Part shown: one piece after another, positions 53,689 to 61,219 of the stretch | How positions within the stretch are numbered: the first letter of the stretch is position 1 | Layout: each line of letters opens with the position of its first letter | Assembly: GCA_964222325.1 (NCBI GenBank) | Contig: CAXQBC010000013.1 | Coordinates: 59,072 to 123,071, forward strand | Direction of reading: 5' to 3' | Source: Alteriqipengyuania sp. | Lineage (GTDB): Bacteria; Pseudomonadota; Alphaproteobacteria; Sphingomonadales; Sphingomonadaceae | Length of the DNA stretch: 64,000 bases | The notes under the pieces: generated by a model | Told to the model about the DNA's origin: nothing | What the model saw: only the letters and a program-made list of their open reading frames with translations | Databases searched by the model: none | Translations under genes and position numbers: made by a program

Positions 53689-54135
53689 TCAACGAGCAGC
53701 GCGACCGGGCGCTTTATCCATCGAGTGACTTCCTGGTCCTCGAACGAAGACGAATGCCAGCGCCCCCAGGATAGCGATATTTTTGAGCAAAGGACCTGTG
53801 TGACCTGGGGCGATATGGATCGCAAGAGTTATCGGAACGAGGGTAAGAAATAACGCGGTGCATGAGAGCCGGGTCATCCACCCCAAGGCCAGTGATGTTC
53901 CTGCACCGATGAAAACCAAGCCAGACAGCCACAAAAGAATGGACGCATCTCCAATTAGAGCAACGTGATCTTTCCATGGCGACAATGCCATCCGGCCCAG
54001 CATATATTCATGCGCAAGAAAATGCCCCAATCCGCCTATGATGAATATGAGGCTCAAACAGAGGCGGAAGACCGGATCGATCAATCGCACTTTTGCGGCC
54101 CATGTCGCTAGGCTGTTTTCCATATTCCGGATCAT
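53689..54135 (-). CDS. DoxX family membrane protein
   Basis: 148 aa, 4 TM. RLCLSLIFIIGGLGHF. Confidence 0.8.
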   Translation of the reverse strand: MIRNMENSLATWAAKVRLIDPVFRLCLSLIFIIGGLGHFLAHEYMLGRMALSPWKDHVALIGDASILLWLSGLVFIGAGTSLALGWMTRLSCTALFLTLVPITLAIHIAPGHTGPLLKNIAILGALAFVFVRGPGSHSMDKAPGRAAR

Positions 54136-54175
54136 AGAGTTCTTTCCCCCTCAGGTTGATACGTCGATGGCAGAC

Positions 54176-55084
54176 TTATTGGGTGCGCGGACCAGTTTCT
54201 TCGGGAGGCGTCTGTGGTTCACCCAAAACGTTGACCGGCAGTTTCAGATAGATCGTACCGTTTCCTTCTGCGCGAGGCATATTCCCTCCGCGAATGTTGA
54301 CCTGGATTGATGGCAGGATGAGGCGCGGCATACCCAGCTGGTTGTCGCGCTCCTCACGCATGGCTACAAATGCATTCTCGTCGACCCCGGCATGGATATG
54401 AATGTTGCTGTGCTTTTGTTCTTTCACCGTCGTTTCCCATTGGTGCTGCGAGCGGCCCTCCGGCAGGTAGTCGTGGCACATAAACAGCCGCGTCTCCTCC
54501 GGTAGCTCGAAAATCCGGCGAATAGAGCGATAGAGCGTGCGTGCATCGCCGCCGGGAAAATCGGCCCGCGCCGTGCCGTAATCGGGCATGAACAGCGTAT
54601 CGCCGACAAAGGCGGCGTCTCCGATAACATAGGTCATGCACGCGGGCGTATGTCCCGGCGTATGGAGTGCCTGGGCCGATATGGCGCCTAGGTCAAAGCT
54701 GTCATTATCGGCAAACAAATGGTCGAACTGGCGTCCATCGCGTGGCAGGTCCACTCCGGCATTGAATATCGGCCCGAAGGTGTTCTGCGTGACGGTGATC
54801 TCGCTACCAATAGCAAGTTTGCCGCCTAGTGCGCGGCGGATGTAGGGTGCGGCGGAAAGGTGATCGGCATGGACATGGGTTTCCAGGATCCACTCGCACT
54901 TGAAATCCATTTGCCGGACGAATTCGATCACTTTATCGGCGGACTTAGTCGCCGTTCGCGCCGCTGCGGCATCGAAATCGAGCACCGGATCGATCACCGC
55001 GCACGCCTTGGTTGCAGGATCGGACACGACATAGGTCACGGTGTTCGTGTTCGTGTCGAAAAATGCCTCTGTGTCGGGTTTCAT
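54176..55084 (-). CDS. MBL-fold persulfide dioxygenase-like protein (Blh C-terminal-domain equivalent)
   Basis: 302 aa. ETHVHADHLS (HxHxDH), TPGHTPACMTY. Confidence 0.8.
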   Translation of the reverse strand: MKPDTEAFFDTNTNTVTYVVSDPATKACAVIDPVLDFDAAAARTATKSADKVIEFVRQMDFKCEWILETHVHADHLSAAPYIRRALGGKLAIGSEITVTQNTFGPIFNAGVDLPRDGRQFDHLFADNDSFDLGAISAQALHTPGHTPACMTYVIGDAAFVGDTLFMPDYGTARADFPGGDARTLYRSIRRIFELPEETRLFMCHDYLPEGRSQHQWETTVKEQKHSNIHIHAGVDENAFVAMREERDNQLGMPRLILPSIQVNIRGGNMPRAEGNGTIYLKLPVNVLGEPQTPPEETGPRTQ

Positions 55085-55128
55085 CGAATAGTCTTTTCGT
55101 ATGCTGGTTGAGAGCGGTTCTGCGTAGG

Positions 55129-55581
55129 TCAGTCCTGCGCCCGGTCGACGTAATTACGGACGAAGTTTTCCAGCGCCGGTTCGTCGCACACGAAGCCCAT
55201 ATCCGCCGCCTTCTGTAGGGTCGCATCGCCGCTCATTCCCTGCTGCGACGCCAGATGCATTATTGTGAAGGCTCCTGCGCGCTTGCCCGAGGCGCAATGG
55301 ACCAGCACCGGCTTCGGAAGCGCTTCGACACTGGCCCTGAACTCATCGACGAGCTCGTCCGATATGGTGCCGCCCGCCACCGGCAAGTGACAATATTCAA
55401 GGCCGAGCGATGCCACCACTTCACCTTCGCGGTCCGGGGCGAGAGGCTGATCCGCCTCATCCTGGCAGCGCAGGTTGACGACCGCCTTGTAACCATCCTC
55501 CGCCAATGCGCGCAGGTCGCCCTCGGAAGGCGGAGCGGTCGAGACGGCGAATCTGCCATTGAGGATCTTGATTTGGGTCAT
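55129..55581 (-). CDS. TIGR01244/DUF442 family sulfurtransferase/phosphatase-like protein (Blh N-terminal-domain equivalent)
   Basis: 150 aa. VVNLRCQDE ... VLVHCASGKRAG. Confidence 0.75.
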   Translation of the reverse strand: MTQIKILNGRFAVSTAPPSEGDLRALAEDGYKAVVNLRCQDEADQPLAPDREGEVVASLGLEYCHLPVAGGTISDELVDEFRASVEALPKPVLVHCASGKRAGAFTIMHLASQQGMSGDATLQKAADMGFVCDEPALENFVRNYVDRAQD

Positions 55582-55655
55582 AAGGCATCATCCTGGTTCA
55601 GGTTCAAAGGTCCGGGTCCGCGATTGCGCGGCAGCAGATTACGATTGACTTTATA

Positions 55656-55685
55656 TTCATACCTTCGCATATATGCAAGTATGAA
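55656..55685 (+). promoter_or_regulatory. AT-rich dyads in the divergent bigR-like promoter region
   Basis: TTCATAC-N16-GTATGAA encloses the palindrome GCATATATGC (55667-55676). The right arm includes the regulator's ATG. Confidence 0.4.
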
Positions 55686-56010
55686 AGCCGAAGATATTCG
55701 CGATCAAGCCGAAAAGGCGGTGGCATTGCTCAAGGCGCTGGGCAGCCACAACCGCCTGATGATCGCCTGCCAATTGGTTGAAGGCGAGCGCAGCGTGGGC
55801 GAGCTGGCCGAACTGCTGGAACTTCGGGAAACCGTGGTTTCGCAGCATCTGGCGCTTATGCGGAAGGATGGCCTGGTCGCAGCGCGGCGCGATGGCCGCA
55901 CGATCCATTATTCGCTTTGCGGCGATGCGCCGCGCCGGGTGCTGGAAACGCTCTACGCCATCTATTGCAGCTCCGCCGACGATACGACCGGTCCAGCAGA
56001 CGGCCATTGA
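55681..56010 (+). CDS. ArsR/SmtB family regulator, BigR/SqrR-like persulfide sensor
   Basis: 109 aa. HTH is ELAELLELRETVVSQHLALMRKDGLV. Cys30 and Cys96 are 66 residues apart. Confidence 0.8.
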   Translation: MKAEDIRDQAEKAVALLKALGSHNRLMIACQLVEGERSVGELAELLELRETVVSQHLALMRKDGLVAARRDGRTIHYSLCGDAPRRVLETLYAIYCSSADDTTGPADGH

Positions 56011-56041
56011 ACAGGCTTTCAGTTATGTTGGACAATCCCGG

Positions 56042-56845
56042 ATGATGGATATCGGCGTCATCGTGGCGCTCCTATCGCTTACCTCGGGCCTCCTCGTGGG
56101 CTTTTCGCTTGGACTACTCGGCGGTGGGGGATCGATCCTCGCAGTGCCGTTGCTTGTGTATGTCGTCGGTGTTCACGACACCCATGTCGCTATCGCCACG
56201 TCCGCTGCTGCGGTGGCGGCCAGCGCCTTGGCAAACTTATTGTTCCATGCGCGAGGCGGCAATGTGAAGTGGCGCTGCGCAGGCCTATTCGCAGCATTCG
56301 GCGTTGTCGGAGCTGCCGCCGGATCAAGCCTGGGAAAAATTACATCGGGCGATCTGCTTTTGGGCCTGTTCGGTCTGGTGATGATTGTCGTCGGCCTCTC
56401 GATGCTGCGCGAGAAATCGGGCGGATCCGACCCGGATGTCCAGCTCACCCGAGCCACGGCGCTGCGCCTCACCCCGCGCCTCGCGTTCGGAGGATTGCTG
56501 GTAGGCGGACTGTCCGGTTTCTTCGGTATCGGCGGGGGCTTTCTGGTGGTGCCGGGTCTGGTTGCCGCGACGGCCATGCCGATTCTCAACGCGATCGGCT
56601 CCTCGCTGGTCTCTGTAGCCGCTTTCGGTACGACCACAGCCGCCAATTACGCCCTCGACGGACTCGTCGATTGGGAGATTGCCGCGTTTTTCATCGGCGG
56701 CGGCGGTATAGGCGGCTGGCTGGGTACTCGCGCATCGAACCTGTTGGCTAAGCGCAAACGAGCGCTGAACTTTATATTCGCGGCGGTCATCATCCTCGTT
56801 GGCATCTTCATAAGCGGCCAATGGGCGATAACAGCCATAACGTGA
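56042..56845 (+). CDS. TauE/SafE family sulfite exporter
   Basis: 267 aa. GLLGGGGSILAVPLLVYV and a second repeat, GFFGIGGGFLVVPGLV. Confidence 0.85.
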   Translation: MMDIGVIVALLSLTSGLLVGFSLGLLGGGGSILAVPLLVYVVGVHDTHVAIATSAAAVAASALANLLFHARGGNVKWRCAGLFAAFGVVGAAAGSSLGKITSGDLLLGLFGLVMIVVGLSMLREKSGGSDPDVQLTRATALRLTPRLAFGGLLVGGLSGFFGIGGGFLVVPGLVAATAMPILNAIGSSLVSVAAFGTTTAANYALDGLVDWEIAAFFIGGGGIGGWLGTRASNLLAKRKRALNFIFAAVIILVGIFISGQWAITAIT

Positions 56846-56891
56846 TCGCTGCCTTTTCGAACCGAATTGTCCGAAGGATCAACACTGCTGT

Positions 56892-59222
56892 TCACCGGGC
56901 GAAGCTCAAGCCGCGCAGACGCAGGGCGTTGCCGATCACAGACACCGAAGACAAGCTCATCGCCGCTGCCGCGATCATCGGGCTGAGTAGCACTCCGAAG
57001 AATGGAAACAGTACGCCTGCTGCGACCGGAATGCCGAGCGTATTGTAAGCGAAGGCGAAAAACAGGTTCTGCCGGATGTTGCGCATCGTTCCGCGCGACA
57101 GCACGGTGGCCTGCACCACTCCTGTCAAATCACCACGAACCAGTGTGACCCCGGCGCTTTCGATCGCCACATCGGTACCAGTGCCCATGGCAATACCAAC
57201 ATCGGCGGCAGCCAGCGCAGGAGCATCGTTGATCCCGTCCCCGGCCATGCCGACCCGGCGACCTTGCGCTTTCAGCTCTTCGATCTTGCGGTGCTTGTCT
57301 TCGGGCGAGACATTGGCGTGTACCTCGTCGATACCCATTTCGCGCGCGACCGCTTCGGCAGTGCCGCGGCTGTCGCCCGTGAGCATAACGACCCGGATAT
57401 CGCGCTTGTGCAGAGCCGCAATGGCCGCTGCACTGGTAGGCTTGATCGGATCGGCCACCGCGATGAGCCCTGCCGGACGGCCATCGAACGCAACGAACAT
57501 CACCGTCTGACCCTGCTTGCGGCCATTTTCGGCCGAGCCGAGCCAGGCCTCGTCATCGATCCCGACGCGCCGCATCATCTTTTCGTTGCCGATCGCAACC
57601 CGGCCCCCCTGGACATTGGCTTCAACACCTTCCCCGGTCGTCGAAGCGAGATCCGTGGCATTGGCGGGCGAGACGCCGCGCGCTTTTGCGCCTTCGACGA
57701 TGGCATGGGCCAGCGGATGCTCGCTGCCCATTTCGACACCTGCAACCGCTGCCAGGAATTCAGTTTCGTCGATGCCGTCTGCAGGCTTCACCGCCACCAG
57801 ATCGGGCTTGCCTATCGTCAACGTGCCGGTCTTGTCGACCACCAGCGTATCGATCTTCTCGAGTGTCTCCAGCGCTTCGGCATTGCGGATCAGGATGCCG
57901 TGCTGGGCACCCTTGCCTGTGCCTGTCATGATCGACATCGGCGTAGCGAGGCCAAGCGCGCAGGGACAAGCGATGATCAGGACCGCAATGGCATTGACCA
58001 ATGCGTAGGCAAGCGCAGGGGCGGGACCCCAGATTGCCCAGACCACGAAGGTGGCGATGGCGATCACAACCACCGCAGGCACAAACCAGCCAGCCACCTG
58101 ATCGGCGAGCCGCTGGATCGGTGCGCGGCTGCGCTGCGCGTCGGCCACCATCTGGACGATCTTGGACAGCATCGTGTCCTTGCCCACGCCGGTTGCGCGC
58201 ATGACGAACCCTCCAGTCTGGTTGACCGTGCCGCCGATGACAATGTCGCCAGCCTGTTTGGCGACCGGAAGCGGTTCGCCGCTGATCATGGATTCATCGA
58301 TCGCGCTCGATCCCTCCTCGATTTCGCCATCGACGGGAACCTTGTCGCCGGGTCGAACGCGCAGACGATCGCCTGTGGTTAGCTGATCGAGCGGCACCTC
58401 GCGCTCGTCGCCTGAGCCAAAGATCTTGACCGCGCTGGGCGGTGCCAGCTCGAGCAGTGCGCGCAAGGCGCTCGAGGTCGAACCCCTGGCCTTGAGCTCG
58501 AGGACCTGTCCGAGCAGAACGAGCGTCGTGATGACCGCTGCCGCCTCGAAATAGACCCCGACCCGTCCCGAATGGTCGCGGAACGCTGCAGGGAACAGAT
58601 CGGGCGCGACCGTCGCCACGACGCTAAAAAGATAGGCGATGGCCACGCCGAACCCGATCAGGGTGAACATGTTGAGATTGCGCGTCTTGAGCGACTGGAT
58701 GGCCCGAACGAAGAACGGCCAGGCGCCCCATAGAACCACCGGGGTTGCGAGCGCAAATTGCGCCCACTGCGCCCAGGCCGGTTCTATCAGACGGTCGAAA
58801 CTGAGCCCCGGTGCCATGTCGCTCATCGCATAGACGAACAGAGGCAGCGTGAGCAGCGCGCTCCACCAGAACCTACGCAGCATGTCGACCAGTTCGGGGT
58901 CGGGGCCATCGCCCAGCGAAACGGTTTCCGGTTCGAGCGCCATGCCGCAAATCGGGCATGAACCCGGCCCGGGCTGGCGGATTTCAGGGTGCATCGGACA
59001 GGTGTAGATCGTGCCTTCGGGCACATCCTCGACCGCGTCGAGATGCGCGCCCGAGAGATAGAGCTCGGGATCGGTGACGAACTTGTCGTGACAGCGCGGC
59101 GAACAGAAATAGTGTGTCGCGCCCTCATGCGTCGCGATATGCTGAGCCCCGTCGATTGCAACGCTCATGCCGCATACCGGGTCGATCGCGGTACCCTCGA
59201 TCACACTCTGGTCCTTGCTCAT
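56892..59222 (-). CDS. Copper-translocating P1B-type ATPase with YHS/TRASH and CPxCGM N-terminal metal-binding domains
   Basis: 776 aa. DPVCGMSV...[11 protein letters not shown]; [24 protein letters not shown]; the CPC motif ([13 protein letters not shown]); DKTGT; GDGINDAP. Confidence 0.93.
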   Translation of the reverse strand: MSKDQSVIEGTAIDPVCGMSVAIDGAQHIATHEGATHYFCSPRCHDKFVTDPELYLSGAHLDAVEDVPEGTIYTCPMHPEIRQPGPGSCPICGMALEPETVSLGDGPDPELVDMLRRFWWSALLTLPLFVYAMSDMAPGLSFDRLIEPAWAQWAQFALATPVVLWGAWPFFVRAIQSLKTRNLNMFTLIGFGVAIAYLFSVVATVAPDLFPAAFRDHSGRVGVYFEAAAVITTLVLLGQVLELKARGSTSSALRALLELAPPSAVKIFGSGDEREVPLDQLTTGDRLRVRPGDKVPVDGEIEEGSSAIDESMISGEPLPVAKQAGDIVIGGTVNQTGGFVMRATGVGKDTMLSKIVQMVADAQRSRAPIQRLADQVAGWFVPAVVVIAIATFVVWAIWGPAPALAYALVNAIAVLIIACPCALGLATPMSIMTGTGKGAQHGILIRNAEALETLEKIDTLVVDKTGTLTIGKPDLVAVKPADGIDETEFLAAVAGVEMGSEHPLAHAIVEGAKARGVSPANATDLASTTGEGVEANVQGGRVAIGNEKMMRRVGIDDEAWLGSAENGRKQGQTVMFVAFDGRPAGLIAVADPIKPTSAAAIAALHKRDIRVVMLTGDSRGTAEAVAREMGIDEVHANVSPEDKHRKIEELKAQGRRVGMAGDGINDAPALAAADVGIAMGTGTDVAIESAGVTLVRGDLTGVVQATVLSRGTMRNIRQNLFFAFAYNTLGIPVAAGVLFPFFGVLLSPMIAAAAMSLSSVSVIGNALRLRGLSFAR

Positions 59223-59234
59223 CGCCTGTCCTTT

Positions 59235-60779
59235 CTAGCTCTTCACGACTACGAACTGCCCCATCATGCCTGCATCCTCGTGTTCGAGAATGTGGCAGTG
59301 ATACATGTAGGGCAGGTCTGGGTCGGTGTGTTCTTCAAAACGCAGGAGAAGGCGTACCTGCTCGCGCGGGTTGACGATCACGGTATCCTTCAAACTGGTT
59401 TCCAATGGTGGGGGCGCTCGGCCATCGCGGTCGATCACACGAAACTGGACGTTATGGATATGAAACGGGTGGGCCATCATCGAAGCGTTGGCGATCTCCC
59501 AGATTTCCCATTGGCCGACTGGCACACGTTCGTTGATCACATTCATGTCCATCGCAGCACCGTTAATGGACATTCCGCCGCCCATCATGCCCATGTCGAG
59601 AACGAAACGCCGGGTTCGGACGGCTGACGACGGGTCGGTTGGAGCAAGCGATGCCAGTTGTGTCGGCACCCTGATGCGCTGGGCCGAACTTGCCGGCCTG
59701 ATATCGAGGATTTGAAACACGTCTGCGGAAGCATCGCCGCTATCGCCGCGCCCCATCATCCCGCCGCCCATCATTCCGCGTCCGCCCATCATGCCCATGG
59801 CGTTTTCGGGACTGCTGGCAAGAAGGCGAAGCGGGCGTCCTTCCGAGAGATCGATAATTACCTGCGCGCGCTCCCCCGGGGCGAGCCTGACCGAGCGGAC
59901 GATGTGCGAACGATCGAGCAAGCCGCCATCGCTCGCGATCAGTTGCATCGAACGATCACCTTCGAGCGAAAAATCGTAAAGGCGGGCGTTCGATCCATTG
60001 AGGATGCGCAGCCGCAATTGGCCTGTCTGTGCGTCGAACACAGCGTTTTCAGTGCCGTTGACGAATATCCGGCTCCCGCGCACGCCCATCATCCGCGCGT
60101 GCATACTCAGCGGGTACACCAAGCGGCCGGATCCATCGATCACGCGGTCCTGCACGATCAGCGGAATGTCGTCGACGCCATAGTCGCTCGGCAAGTCGAG
60201 GCGCTCTTCCTCGTCGTCGCGAACATAGATCGGTGCGGCGAGCCCGGCATAGACCTGCGGCCCGGCTCCGCGCTCCAAGTGTGAATGATACCAGTAGAGC
60301 GAAGCCCGCTGGCGAACTTGGAAAGAAGGCCTCCAGCGTTCGCCGGGACGGATCAACTGATGCGGTCCGCCATCGGCTGCGGCAGGAAGTTCGAAACCAT
60401 GCCAATGGACCGTAGCGCCTTCGGCCAGCTTGTTGTCGATATGGAACTGCACCCACTCGCCCCGGCGCATTTCCAGCGTCGGTCCCAGATAGGGTGCGTC
60501 GATGCCGATGGTGGGCGAAGCAACACCGGTGACGAATTCCTTCTGGCCTGGGGTCAAAGACAAGCGGAAAACCCGTGCGCCCTGCTCAATCTCGCCACGC
60601 TGCAAGGGCGGTATAGCGAGCAAATTGGATCCGTCAGTGCTGTCCAGCATCGATGCGTCTTGCGCTTTGCATCCCGCAAGCGGGAACGCGGCAAAGCCTG
60701 CAGCAGCAAAACCAGCGCTTTTGATCAGTGTGCGGCGGTCCACGGGGAATGCCTGGGTTATGCGGGGTGTCCGGATCAT
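59235..60779 (-). CDS. CueO-like multicopper oxidase (Tat-secreted) with Met/Gly-rich inserts
   Basis: 514 aa from MIRTPRITQAFPVDRRTLIKSAGF. HWHG, WYHSH, HPFHIHN and HCHILEHEDAGMM motifs. Insert NAMGMMGGRGMMGGGMMGRG. Confidence 0.88.
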   Translation of the reverse strand: MIRTPRITQAFPVDRRTLIKSAGFAAAGFAAFPLAGCKAQDASMLDSTDGSNLLAIPPLQRGEIEQGARVFRLSLTPGQKEFVTGVASPTIGIDAPYLGPTLEMRRGEWVQFHIDNKLAEGATVHWHGFELPAAADGGPHQLIRPGERWRPSFQVRQRASLYWYHSHLERGAGPQVYAGLAAPIYVRDDEEERLDLPSDYGVDDIPLIVQDRVIDGSGRLVYPLSMHARMMGVRGSRIFVNGTENAVFDAQTGQLRLRILNGSNARLYDFSLEGDRSMQLIASDGGLLDRSHIVRSVRLAPGERAQVIIDLSEGRPLRLLASSPENAMGMMGGRGMMGGGMMGRGDSGDASADVFQILDIRPASSAQRIRVPTQLASLAPTDPSSAVRTRRFVLDMGMMGGGMSINGAAMDMNVINERVPVGQWEIWEIANASMMAHPFHIHNVQFRVIDRDGRAPPPLETSLKDTVIVNPREQVRLLLRFEEHTDPDLPYMYHCHILEHEDAGMMGQFVVVKS

Positions 60780-60835
60780 GCTCCTCCTGTTTCGCGATGG
60801 GCGGCACCAGATTTGCCTGGCACCGCCCAACCGAT

Positions 60836-61219
60836 TTACTCCTTCGTGATCGACGTGATCACACTGCCTTCAGAACCAGTACGAAATTCAAAGGCAATGC
60901 CCTCACCGACGCTTACTTCGCTGCGCAGTTGCTCATCGGCTTCGAACGCCATGGTCATTGCCGGCCATTCGATTGCGGGAACCGGGCCGTGGTCGACGGT
61001 GATCGTACCCGCTTCGGCGTCGATGGCGGTGACGGTGCCTTGCGCACTCGCGGACTGCATTGCGTTGCCGGTATCCGCCATCGGCATATCCTGGCCGTCC
61101 ATCATCATTGCATCTTCAGCCATCGGCATGTCCTCCATCTCGGCAGTGTCCTGGCCAGAATCGCAGGCTGCCAGCGCCAGCGGCGCGGCCAATAGGGTTA
61201 TGAGGGTTGTGTGACGCAT
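60836..61219 (-). CDS. cusF: CusF-like periplasmic copper-binding lipoprotein
   Basis: 127 aa. Lipobox LALAAC. Met-rich linker [22 protein letters not shown]. The core [32 protein letters not shown] is CusF-like. The start overlaps the cusA 3' end by 22 nt. Confidence 0.75.
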   Translation of the reverse strand: MRHTTLITLLAAPLALAACDSGQDTAEMEDMPMAEDAMMMDGQDMPMADTGNAMQSASAQGTVTAIDAEAGTITVDHGPVPAIEWPAMTMAFEADEQLRSEVSVGEGIAFEFRTGSEGSVITSITKE

